A DNA stretch of 44,448 nt from Dirinaria sp. TL-2023a (taxonomy: Eukaryota), in the NCBI GenBank assembly GCA_051941275.1, contig JAVEBF010000031.1, forward strand, positions 1 through 44,448, written 5' to 3'. The translations under genes and the position numbers were made by a program. A model generated the notes under the pieces. That model saw only the letters and a program-made list of their open reading frames with translations. It was not told the origin of the DNA and did no database searches. This document shows, one piece after another, positions 1-12,191 of the stretch; the first letter of the stretch is position 1; every line of letters begins with the position of its first letter.

Positions 1-179
1 CCCCCAAGACTCCCCCGACCGTGGGCTTGAGCAACAACCAGTCGACTGCGACGACACAACGTCTCAACAGCTTGGGAAACCACTCTTGTAGTGGAGTCAA
101 ATCCCTGTCATCATTTCGCGCCGAATAAAACACATGATTCACGACCGGACCCAATGAAGTGCTCCAGCAGAAGATTCAA

Positions 180-3100
180 ATGCTCAAATCTGGCACCCTC
201 AGCGCGAAGCAAGATGCCTTGGAGTCAGTCAAAAAATTCTAGCGCGTGATTTGAATGCGACAGTATGGAATGACTGACTATGTATAAATCAGTTCATCGG
301 CCCGAAGTCGTGATTCGATTCTACGTGAACTTTTCAGAGCGACTCTAGCCTTCCGTAGCACCAAAAATCGAGATGCTGTCGATCAATCCGAGGACGCATT
401 CCTGGATGCAAACAATTTATCCGAGTAAGTCAACGCAACCAAATGGCTCCGCCCCTACCAAGATAAAATCATAGTTCTAACACCCACCAGAGGACGTTAT
501 TTCGATCATGCAACACTTCCGTCACTTCCAACGTTCCTTAACACCAGCTTCAGGAAGCTTCCATCGGTTGAGCCTGTGCCAGACGGAGCTCGGCTTGACG
601 AAGATGGCATTGATGACTCGCAAAAGCCTCGAACAGCGTCGATCGGTCAGGAAATCGGTCCACTCCGCTGGGAAAAGACGCAAGCGGAGCCAGCAACGGC
701 CACAGTTAACAGCCCGGACAGGAAGACGCCGGCCATTGCTGATGAGGTCGAGGACGAACGAGCAAGTCCTCCGGGCTCGAAGGAAGAACAACGTGGTAGA
801 TCGGTTTCGGGCTTGGAAGCGCCTGGAGAGCTGAGTGTGTCCGCAAATCTTGGTCTCTCAAATGAGAATGAAGGCCCTGTAGCTGGCGAAGAGTCGCATA
901 CAACGGGGAGAAACGTCATTTCTTCACCCACAGGCTTGCCTTTATCCTCAGATGTCGTTAGCGCTCTTTCAAAGTCTACATCAGAAACTATCAACGCCGC
1001 GCAGAGCCCAGCGAGTCCACGCGTCGTGAACCTCCCCCCTAAAGACTTTGAAGGACAAGGATCCAAAAGTCTCGAGGGCTCACAATGGGTTGCGAACGAA
1101 GAAAATGAGAAAGAGACCCATCCTAGAGATACCCAGAAGGCTGCTTCAGTCGGAGCTGCTGCTAATGTTTCTGCGAAGGATGATGATCTCGAGACGCAAT
1201 CAGCGCGGACACCTGGAGACACTAACATGCAGTCTCAGATGAACGTAGTTAAATCAGATGCAATCTTCGTCGGTACACCTGCGACTCCTGACGAACAATT
1301 ACGACTCGAGCAAGCTCAAGCCTTGCAGCTGTCTCAATTCTCTTCCGCTGGGCCTGAATTGGATGAAACCCCATTACGGGGTTCGACGAGCGCGTCAGCT
1401 GGATTGGGTCTGGAGTCTGCTAACCTTCCAAAATACACGGACTATCCTATAGATGGTTCCACGACTTCTCTGGTTGCTATGGCTGAACGTGGAGACAACA
1501 ACGCCGAAAATCAACACTTTGAACCCGACACCGCAGGATTAAGAGAGCACGCCTTTCCAGGCATGAATAAGAGTCTCTCAAAGGATCTAACGTTCAGTCG
1601 TAGACCACCGATGCGAATTGACACTTCTGGTCACTCAAAAAATGACTCCATCAGGTCTCCGCAGCCGAACCAAAAGATAACGCCGACAGGTACAACTCCA
1701 TTCACTCCGGCAGAATCAGCAACAACGAGTAAGTCCGGCCCCGCTACATCGCAGGTCAACTCTCCACCAGAGAGGATGACGACAAGAGTATCCTCTGGAG
1801 CCCTTCGACACAAATCAGTCTCCGAAATTCTTGGCGAAGTCCCGAAACATGCCAATGTCCAAAGTGACAAAGCGACATCTGAAAAAGCTATCCACGATTC
1901 ATCTAGAGACACTACTCTACAAAGTCCCAGGTCTGCCGCCTCCGTATCGTCACCTGAGTCTGCCGCCTTCAAACAACGCCTTAGTGAACTGAAGGAGAGG
2001 GAGAGAAGCAAACTATCCACCGTAGTCTTTGCGCGTCAGCAGCATACAAATGTCCAGCGGTATGGTGACCTCGGCACAGCTCAACATGATGAAGTCGACG
2101 AAGAGAGAGCTGAGCCGAAATTATACTTCCTTCCTCTGTTCGCTGCTCAAGTCACTAAACCAACAATATCACAATCACTCCACGCACTAGTCGGGTCAGC
2201 TCACAAGACCCTGAGCACAGCGGACCAATACACTGATTTTCAAGACCAACAAGACTGTTGGATTCTCTCAAAGATACACCATTTACAAAGCGCCAATCGA
2301 TGGTCCTTACGGCAGCATGAAAGATCTGTAGAGGCCACGCGGCCAAAAGCGCACTGGGATGTCTTGCTGAACCACGTAAAGTGGATGCGGACTGATTTCA
2401 GAGAAGAAAGGAAATGGAAGCTAGCGGCAGCGAAAAGCCTTGCCGATGCTTGTGCTCATTGGGTAGCAAGTCCCTTGGAAGTGCGGAACTTGTTGCAGGT
2501 AAAGATTAGGTTTGAGCGGCCTCGAGGAGGCAGCGGATCGACGGCTGGGGAGACGCCCGAATTAATTGCGTCAGCTGAGGATGACAGCGATGCCACCGAC
2601 TTCGAGTCGTCGGACCTTGAGACTACGAAAAGGGGTGCTCCAGGATCGATCTTCTCTCTGCCTCCGGACATGTTTGTATTTGGCCTGGAACGAACTCCAG
2701 TCGCAGAGAAGATACTGTCGGAGCTACCCTTATATCAGCCCTCGGTACGAGTCCAGGACGCTCTGCTCAATCGCACACCAGAGGGGACGAGAGAGGACTG
2801 GAGGACCCCAATAGTTCCGTTGTCTAAATTTGCTGAAGGAAAGCTTGTCACCCAAGCGCCGGAGTCTCCACGCAAAAGGAGCCGATACGACTACTCAAGT
2901 GAACGTGAAAACCCTCAGCCTCTTGCGGGGCATTCGAGCCAAGACCTCGAAACAGACATGGACGGATTGGGACCGGAACAGGACGATGTTGCTCTTTTCC
3001 GTTCGGAGAACAAACACATACGGGACCGCATACATTCAGGTCATGCCTTTCGGCCTCCTTCGGAGTATCCGATGCCTTCCCAAAGCTTTTTCGAGTCCCG

Positions 3101-4857
3101 GCAGTCCTCGCAGTGGACTCAGGGAGAAGATGATAGCCTTCGTCGTCTAGTCCGTGAGTACGCATATAACTGGTTACTGATCTCCAGCTGCTTGTCATCG
3201 GCTTCGCGGTTTTCTTCGGGAGCCGAAAGGCGTACACCGTGGGAATGTTTCGAACGATGGATCGGCTTAGAAGGCCTACCCGCCGAGATGTCGAAAACCC
3301 AATACTTTAAGGAGTACCATTCACGGTTGCAGGCTGCTCAAAGAAACCATGAAGCTCACCAGCAAGCTCTGCAGCAGCAACAAAACAATGCTGGACAAGT
3401 GCCTTTGCGACGCAGAACCACGATGCCTTTCCTAGTGGAGCGAAGAAAGAACAACAAGCATCTACATTTGGTAGATGCAATGCGTAAGCTGGCCAAGAAG
3501 CGCGAGACTGCCCTATCCAAGCAGCAGCACGGTGAGTTATGCCTTTACCACTTTTTTCAAGACGCCTTTCTACCTGTACTCATCTTCGCTCGTTGATTCA
3601 TGCTTGCTACTTTTACTAAACTTTTCACAGTCGCTGGCTTGGCTGCTATGCGGAAACAGAACGAGGCTGTGCAAACCAAAGCTACAATGCATACGCCCCA
3701 AGAATTTAGTCGGTTCAAGTATGAGCGCGAACAAAAAATGCAGGAGAATGCCAGGCTATATCATCAGCAATTTGTTCAGCAGCAACGGGAAAAGGTGCCC
3801 GCTTTGCCTATCCTGCAGTAGAACCTCACTAATATCTTCTTAGGCTAAGAATCAGCGACCAGGTGGGCCCGGCAATGGACAAAATATGATGCCTCTCGGA
3901 GCTAGCTATCCATCATCAGCGACTGGATCAAGCCCTAATGTCGCCCCTGCGCTTCCCAACGGTCACGGACAAGGAGGCCAAATGGGCCAGATGCGACAAA
4001 TGCCATCTATTACGAGGCTGCCTAATGGTGCTCAAGTACCCAGCACTTTGCCGACGACTACTCACGGTGTGCCTCACGCTCCAATGCAGCCACAGATCTC
4101 AGTGCAACAGCGTATCCCTGCGCAGATGATTCCTGACAGCCAGCGAATAATACAAGAGGCAGCAAGACTTCAAGATCAACAACGTCGCTACTTGGCAGCT
4201 CAGACTCAGCACCAGCACCCGCACCCACAATCCAATGGCCAAGTCGGCAATCCCACTTCGCCACCGAACATGAGCCACCTAAACGCTTTAAACCATCATA
4301 ATAATGCCTCCCTCTACGGAGGTTTGCAAGGCCGATCAGGCAGTCCTGCGATCAATGGAGGCACGGGCACAGCAGGCTCCAATTCTCCGCCCCGCATTAA
4401 CAACCCTTCTCAACCCCAGCCTCTCTCGTCGGGTATGGTGCCCGTGGTCAACCAAATGCAGAACCAGATCAAGGCTCGCCATCCGCAAGCAAGTCCCGAA
4501 CAAGTCAAAGCCATGACGACTGAATCCTTACATCAATACCACATCAGCCAGGCCGCCATGCAGGCCGCAGCCGGCAACCCCAACGTCATTGGCCTACCCA
4601 GTCATAACGGCTTGAACGGACTTTCGTCGCAGTCTCAGCAGCAGGCTATGATGAACGGCGTCAACGCGAGTCCTATGATGACCCCAAATACAGCGCAATA
4701 CGCAGCCTTGATGCGATCGCAACAAGCTCAGCAGAGTAGGAATGCAAGTGCAGGCGGGATGAGTGCGCCGCGGCCGGCGAGCAGGAGCGTGACGCCGGGG
4801 CATGCGCCTTCACAGAGTCCTCGCCCATCACAGGCGCAAATGGCAGGTGGGCAGTAG
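180..4857 (+). CDS. EAF1: NuA4 histone acetyltransferase scaffold Eaf1/Vid21 (HSA and SANT/Myb domains, Q-rich C-terminus); 5 exons
   Basis: ATG at 180; introns 224-292, 425-490, 3532-3630, 3795-3843. The spliced N-terminus reads MLKSGTLSAKQDAL...EDAFLDANNLSEGRYFDHATLP. HSA motif HWDVLLNHVKWMRTDFREERKWK; SANT motif WTQGEDDSLRRLVREYAYNW...RTPWECFERW. Confidence 0.93.
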
Positions 4858-5396
4858 TATCTTATAAAGGAGGGCGGATTTTCTTGTTATTTGTACATAC
4901 ATTTCTTGTCACGAGCGGGGTTTTTATCCACGAGCAAAGTCTTTTAGATCAGCAAGTTTTAAAGTGCCGCTGAGTCAACGGGCATTGTGCTCTGCTGTCC
5001 TTGACCGGAATCTAGCTGAGCACTCTTTTCATAATGGACTGTACATACTCCGGTCCCACATGAAGAAACCTTTCACGTGTGCTCGTACTGGAAAAATGAT
5101 GCGTTTTCGCCATTCTGTCCAGCGGAGGTATTGATAAACACACAGAAAGCTGATCGTTCATGCTTGGCTAAACATGTGGTGGATGCCTGAGTGCTTGCTA
5201 TCCTCCGCTTTCCTGGCTTTGGACTAGGTATCATCTACAACAGTCAACAGCACTAAGCGTCTTTCCATGCCCTCGATATGCCTGAAAAGGCTACCGACTG
5301 ACTTTTCGGAGCGGTATTTTTGTCTATTAGATGTCTTTATCAGTAGTATGTGAATTTCTAATAAGCTATCTGAAAACGCTATCGAGAATGGATGAA

Positions 5397-6429
5397 CTAG
5401 CCCAGTTTTGCCCGCTGGTCTTCCATATGCTTCACGTGGTGAGGTAGTACAGCCGATGGGATATTTGCAACTAAGTCTTTGACAGACTCTTGGGCTGTTG
5501 GTTGAAAACCGCAATAGCCATGATCAAAATAACCCCAACCAGTACCAGATAGAGGAAGATGCCAACACGTGATGCCTTGGAGACCTGTGGACAACTCATG
5601 GATGCTGATATGAACGCTTGCCGCGTCGGATGGTAAGGGCCACATATCTAAGCATCGAAGCCCTTTGATCAAGGACCCAAGCACTATAGCGTCGCAGTGG
5701 GGTTGGGCGCCGCCTTGCTTACAAACCACAGAATTGCTACCGTAACGAGTAACGAGCTGTTCGAATACAGCCAACAAGCGCGCGATAGCCGTCAAGCGAA
5801 CAGACAATATTTCCTCTGCAAGGCCGATGTGTGTGAGTACTTATTCTATCTAATGGACGATCGGGAGACTGACCTATGATATCTGGAGGCATGTTGTCCT
5901 TCACAGGCTCACCGGTAGCTGACAAGCACTGCTGATGGTGGTTGGTCCTTGAATGTAGGACTAATTTCCGAGCCACATGCTTCATGGTTTCTTCATCACC
6001 AACAGCCCAAGCGATAAACAGCCATCCTTCTTTGCCTGGGTCTTCCGCATTTGCTTTCAGGGGGGCTAACCAACCTTTCAGCCATGGGCGTACAATCTCT
6101 ATCATGCAATATTTGTCGCACAGATAACACACATTTAGTAGCTCGTCGTAGGTCAGACTATCTGGGACGTTGCTATATTGCAGGTGTATTATTCGAAGTA
6201 AGATCTCCAGGGCACGCACATCGTCATCGTGGAAGGTGGTTTCAAGGTCATTCACTTTTGATGACTCCAAGAAATGGCCTTGAGGGTTAAACATGGCACG
6301 CCACACAGGGCTGGCTAGCCGCATAACCTTCGAAGAAACACGAAACACCTTTTGGGTATTATTGCAATTTATAACGCAGAGCTTGAGGTCGCCGCCGGTT
6401 GGGTCTATTGAGCTAAAGCCTTCTTCCAT
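5397..6429 (-). CDS. BTB/POZ domain protein of the fungal type; 2 exons
   Basis: ATG at 6429 (MEEGFSSIDPTGGDL). BTB-like motifs FRVSSKVMRLASPVWRAMF, DDDVRALEILLRIIH and LCDKY. Intron 5816-5873 joins the 275-aa and 136-aa ORFs in frame. Confidence 0.8.
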
Positions 6430-7293
6430 GTCGGTCAACCAATGCTCAAAAATCGAGAACTGCAAAAAGAGGGCTAATGGACGGAGAAGTAAAGAAACAT
6501 CCGGAGTGACTACCGGGAGATACGAAAAGAGTGATGAAAGCGTCTGTGTATGAATAGCCAGCAACGGAAGGGAAAAAAGCTTAAAGTAGGTTCAAAGGGA
6601 AGCACGGCCTGAATGTCAATTTGCGCTTATAACACTCGTGTCGAGGACTAGATCAAAACACTAAGTAGTAATTCGAAGTGATACCTCAAATACACCAATC
6701 CGTCATGATCATGGATAAAACGAGAGATACTATGATGGCGCCCGCTTGGTCAGGACACGAAGCCTATCTTATGAGTACATGGTTACCAGAGATGCTCAAC
6801 ATTTTGACATCTGGATAGTGATGTTAGTGTAGGAGGCCAGTGACAGGAACAACAGGTGTTTGTTAAGTTTGCACGTCGCCTTATTAGGCTCAGTGGCATT
6901 AGATTTTGGCCCGTACGGATATGAATGTAATCATCCCTCTGGTATGTGTGCTTTCTTTTCTTCCTCAAATAGCTACATAGCGGGCACAACATCGATCTTC
7001 TTGACCATTTGCCTCATTTGCTGCGTCAACAAGTGAACACTCGGCGAAGTCAAGGCTGGGATTTGGGCGCTTGTCCCCAAAGTTGTGCAGCTGCATCAGC
7101 CTGGAAATTAATACTTTAGGTCGGAAGGTGTATCTGGGGCATAAAGCCTGGACCTTGAAGCGGCTAGCGCCTGAGCCTTAAGGTGACTAAAAGGTAAAGT
7201 AAGGTACGTACAGTACAGTACATAATCATAACCACTGTAAAGTAGATACTTATTTCATACCCACGGTGTGCCATCGCTCCCATTTTTTTTAAT

Positions 7294-8763
7294 ATGGGTT
7301 CGGCCGATCCTGTTCAGCTAAAGCCATTTTCCGTCTCTCTAACCTCGAAAGCAAAGTCAACGGCGCCAACATCCAGACCTTTAAATCCCAAAAAGCGCCC
7401 ACATTCTTCCCTCGCCGACTACGACTCGGACCATGAGGATGCGCCACAGCATCCCCAACTTGTTTCCGCATTTGACCAATCTGCCGGTGGAGCGATCAGT
7501 GTCAACGGCGGTGGTGAAGAGAGAAAAAAACCTCTTGTGATCCGTTGTCAGAAGAACCGTGCCTGGCTGGAAGAAAGCTTCAAGAAGAGAGGCAAAAATT
7601 TATTACCCGCTGAAGTGCAGGCAGCGAGAAGAGGGCATGTTGCTCCGGAGGGCGGAGTAAAGGACGAAGATGAAGCGCCTCAGACGTTCGGATTGAATTT
7701 CGTTGAAACGAACAGGAAGAATGCAGAAGATACTGTCACTCAGCAGGAGGCTCCAACAGGCGATTCAGCACCAGCTACAGAGCCCCAAAAACCTCGGGAC
7801 CCCGATCAAGAGGCGCTCGAGGCATTGACAAGCGGGCGCAACCAACAATCCACATTGATTATCCCAGCAGCGACTACGAACGGCGACCGAGGATCATGGA
7901 CAGAGCCGGTTGACGAAGACCACGCGTTCAGGTTAGATGTAGCCTCAAGACCAGATCCTGCCAGCTTAGCTGATTACGCCGCCGTACCGGTCGAAGAATT
8001 TGGCGCGGCAATGCTTCGGGGGATGGGTTGGAAAGAGGGAGGTGTTATCGGTAAAAGGAAAGACCAGGTGTCAGAGCCTAGGGATGTCACACGACGGCCA
8101 GCTCTCCTAGGCCTGGGCGCTAAGGAGGTACCAGGCAGCGTCGAGGAGTTCGGAGCGTGGGGAAAGGCTGCAAAGGACAAACGGAAAGTGGATAAGACGT
8201 ACAACCCGGTCATGCTGAAGAACTCTGTGACGGGGCAGATGCTGACGGAGGAAGAGTTCGAAGCGAAAAAGGCGGAGCAGAAGGAGGAGGAGGAGGACTG
8301 GCGCCAGAGGAGGGACAAGAACCTGGCGCTAGATATGGAGAAAAAGCGTCGGGGGAAGTACGACGACCGTGAGGATGGCCACTCGAGGCGCGGCCATAGC
8401 AGGTCTCGTGAAAGTAGGCGGCGTGATTCGAAGAGGAGAGACAGGAGTAGATCTGCGGATCGAAGTCTGCGTACATCATCGCGGCGCGATAGAAGTAGGT
8501 CTCCTGAGTCCAATCGCCATAGCTCTTCGAGGCGAGATCGGAGCAGGTCGAGCGAACGCAAGTACAAGAAAAGAAGAGATCGGGACTACAATGACTATGA
8601 CAAGAAGGACAAAGACTACGAGCGAAAAAGCAAGCATTCGAATTACGACGATTATGACGACTATTACTATCAGCAGGATAAGGACCGCAGGCATAAACAG
8701 GCATACGAAGAAAAGGAGCACTATCGGTCTTCGAAGCATTCGCATAGGAAGCGAGGTGCATAG
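7294..8763 (+). CDS. SPP2: Pre-mRNA splicing factor Spp2 (G-patch) with an RS/RD-rich tail; intronless
   Basis: 489-aa ORF containing the Spp2-type G-patch DYAAVPVEEFGAAMLRGMGWKEG...RRPALLGLGAKE. Confidence 0.88.
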   Translation: MGSADPVQLKPFSVSLTSKAKSTAPTSRPLNPKKRPHSSLADYDSDHEDAPQHPQLVSAFDQSAGGAISVNGGGEERKKPLVIRCQKNRAWLEESFKKRGKNLLPAEVQAARRGHVAPEGGVKDEDEAPQTFGLNFVETNRKNAEDTVTQQEAPTGDSAPATEPQKPRDPDQEALEALTSGRNQQSTLIIPAATTNGDRGSWTEPVDEDHAFRLDVASRPDPASLADYAAVPVEEFGAAMLRGMGWKEGGVIGKRKDQVSEPRDVTRRPALLGLGAKEVPGSVEEFGAWGKAAKDKRKVDKTYNPVMLKNSVTGQMLTEEEFEAKKAEQKEEEEDWRQRRDKNLALDMEKKRRGKYDDREDGHSRRGHSRSRESRRRDSKRRDRSRSADRSLRTSSRRDRSRSPESNRHSSSRRDRSRSSERKYKKRRDRDYNDYDKKDKDYERKSKHSNYDDYDDYYYQQDKDRRHKQAYEEKEHYRSSKHSHRKRGA

Positions 8764-8874
8764 GATCATAGACTTCTCTAAGAAGCTGTAAGAAAATCCA
8801 TATTACTAGGAATAATCTACACCTCAAACAATGGTGCAACTCTCATCGTCTTCGGTCAATTAAGTAAATAGTCC

Positions 8875-11742
8875 TTAGACCATGACTAGATCTCTTTCGC
8901 GATTCGTTTCTGATGCACCAGCTCCGATAACCCCACCCATCACCTCCTCCATCTCCCTCAATGTATACTCCACCAAATAGCTCTCATCGACGAGCTCCTC
9001 CATCCTTTGGTAATGCCGCTCAGTGTACACTTTCAGTGCTTCCAAGACCTCCTTCCAGCCTCGTCGCCGTAGACCCGCGAGCCTTGTTGCGGGGTACATC
9101 CGCGTCACCACACCCAGTATCCTCTGCGCCACTACCGCCGACCGGGCATTAGTGTTCCAGTCGCGGAGGCGCTGCATGAGCGTCAACAGCTGATCCTCGC
9201 CAAGGTTCCCAAGGACCTCATCTACAGCTTTCAGCCCGGACAAAGAGCCTGCTTCCGGTGGGTTCGTATCCGTCACGTCCTGCAGAAGAGCCAGGAGGCG
9301 AGCGGGATGGTTGAGTTGGAGGGCAAGAGTAATGGCTCCGCGATAGCTGCCGCGGTGAACGTGATTCTCGAGTTCTTGTTCCTGCTCTATTCGCTGGGTG
9401 GAGGCTGCGGCTGTGGCGGCCATGGTGCTGGATGTGGTGTCCTTCCAGAAGGTCACAACGCTATCACCTCCTCCTGAGACTAGCATGTTGGTCTCGGGAT
9501 CCACGGTCAGAGCCCACACGCGGTCGGCGTGGTTGTCGAGCGTACAGGCGCATTCGCCGCTGTTAGCGTCCCAGACCTTGACAAGGCCATCGCCGCCAGC
9601 ACTGGCGATTTGAGGAGACCGTTTCGATGCATTCGAGGAGTCAGAAGGTTCGATAAGGGGCATCCATAAGACTTTTAGGACACTGTTGGTGTGCCCTTCC
9701 AAAGTACGAAGGCAACCGTAGTCGTTTAGGGACCAGATCTTCACCGACTTGTCCCCACTACCTGTGAGTACCAGGCCACGGCTTGCGCTCGCTGGACCGT
9801 TGTCGCCAGTTACGGTAGGATATCTGTTCGGGGCGAATTGAACGGACCAAACTCCTCGACGATGACCTCGAAGGATACCTTGCATCTCCCCGTCCTCCAC
9901 AGACCAGATTTTGACAGTGCGATCTTGCGAGGCAGATGCGAAGAGGGTGGAATTATGATTGACAGATATGGCATTGATATCTCTGTCATGCGCTTTGCGC
10001 GTATACAAAGCTTTGTGAGCGGCGTCGGCTTCTTTGGTAGACAATGATTGAGCAACATTCCATCTTTTAATCGTCCGATCTTGAGACCCGGTCAAGAAGA
10101 ACGTCGGCGGATAGCTCAGAGGGTGCTGAGTGGCAGCTGAGCCGTCAGGCGGTGTGTTCGAAGGAAGGGATATAGCGCCTAATGACTCTGCATGCCCCGT
10201 GAAAGTACCTACACAGCGGTAGGATTGCTTGCCATGATCTATCTTCCAAAGCCGTGCTGTGTTGTCTTTGGCACCAGTCACAAGCCAGCAGCCAGACCAG
10301 TCCACATCAAGGCAGATAACAATATCCTCATGGCCCTCAAGAAGTGCAACATCTGCTCCGAAATAGCTTGCATCGTGTAATGACGAGGGCTGGCTGTCCG
10401 TTGTAGCGAGAGATACCAGCCGTACGGCTTCGGAATTTGTTGCAAGAGCGAGGAGGGAACGGTCAGGGCTCACATAAGCAAGGTCAATGATCTCATCGTG
10501 TGTGCCTGATATTCGACGAGCTTCTGGCAACGAGTCAATGACCTCGGAGGTATTGAGGGTTTGAAGAGGTGCTGTCGAATGGAGAATCAAGGATTGATCC
10601 GCGTGCACACAGAGTAGGAAACCAAGGTTCTCCTTCGCTATAATGCACTCGATACCATCTGTATCACTACCTGCTTCTAGCTCCTTGGTGACCTCACGAG
10701 CACCTTGAAGGTCCCAGATCCGCAGTAAGCCGTTCTCGCCCCCACTATATGCCAAAGCTCCGTTCTTTAAGAACCCTACTGCTTCCACACTTTCCATGAC
10801 GGGGATGATTTTCCTCAGTTTCCAAGTCCGCGCATCCCACAGTATTACGGTCTTGTCACGGCTCCCTGTGAGAAGTAGATTGTCTTCAGCCGAGAAATCT
10901 ATTTGTCGAACGACGGAGACGTGGCTTTCTAGAGATGCGATTGACTTCCTTTGGTGTAGGCTCCAGATCCTGACCTTGCCATCTTCGCCACCGGATGCTA
11001 GAAAAAAGGATGCTGCTGTCGAATCATAAGATTGTAGGACGTCTTGAGTTTCATCACTAAGGTTTTCGTCGTCTTTGCGCCGCTTCTTTTTCTTTTTCTT
11101 GTTGCTCTTAGCTAAGGACTCTTCCATGAAAGACGAAGAAGTCTCAAAGAAGCGCAAGGCAGATATAATCCCGCCATGGCTCCGAAATGTATGAGTGAGA
11201 TAGCCCCCTCTTATGTCCCAGATCTTGATTACTCCATCTGCACTACCGGTAGCCACCAAGGTACTCGTCTGATCGACAGCGGCAGAAATAACAGGGGTGG
11301 AGTGCGGTTTAAGATTACTTGTGAGCACAGGATCTAGGTTTGGTGGAGACTTTTCCGATCTCTGGAGCGAATAAATCCTCACCAATAAAGACCTTGAGCA
11401 AAGGATGGCATGAGATGCGGTCGGCGTTACTATCGATCAAATCAGTCAAGCTACATTGAATGCATCCGATACCAATGTACTGAGTAAGGAAGTAAGGACC
11501 TCGCCATCCTACTATGCCCTTCAGCGCTCCGGTTGCAGACCGATTCTTGAGTGAAGACCCACTCCGTCTATTCTTGCTAGTAGCTTGCCCGTGTGCAAAT
11601 CTGTCAATAATGCATCCTCGCCCAGGCAAGTCGCGAGTATGCGACCAGAACGGTCAAGCGCAACATCGCCGCCGGTGTATATCGGCTGGATCGAGCGCTC
11701 TGGCTTAAATGTTGTGCTCGTAACACTTCTTCTTGAAAGCAT
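8875..11742 (-). CDS. UTP13: U3 snoRNA-associated protein Utp13 (WD40 repeats plus Utp13 C-terminal domain); 3 exons
   Basis: ATG at 11742 (MLSRRSVTSTTFKPERSIQPIYTGG); introns 11509-11562 and 11430-11480. Many GH..WD repeats; C-terminal RLRDWNTNARSAVVAQRIL and YTERHYQRMEELVDESYLVEYTL. Confidence 0.92.
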
Positions 11743-12191
11743 TGTCAAAGCTGGTAAGTATTCAGCGGATCTGATGAGGCAGCGTTCTGGAAGTCGTGAT
11801 AATCATACTGTTAGATTCAGTACATTCCACATGGAGCCACAAAGATTTTAAAAATTTTAATTTTGATGTTCCTGAAAAAAGCTTCAGAATTTGTAGGAGA
11901 ATACTTAACGAGATAACGTAAGGTAAGATAGGTAAGGTTTAACGTACGGAGTACAAGTACGGAGGTACCGTCGCCTACACAAGATAAGCTGTTCAAACCT
12001 GCATTAGCTTCTTCGACATAAAGTATGTACATACTTATGCATTTACCATATCATATCTAATCTCGTCGTATTTCTCCGAGGGAAGCGCGATAGACGCGCT
12101 GATGCTTTGTATTGGATACCTTACTTTTCTGGGAATAATAATGCTCCTTTTAACATCAACCTAGTCTTCGCATTATGTAAATAGCGTTGTA

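Noticed and set aside
7974..8839. Long antisense ORFs (197 and 209 aa) over SPP2
   Set aside because: By-product of the low-complexity R/S/D/K codons on the sense strand.
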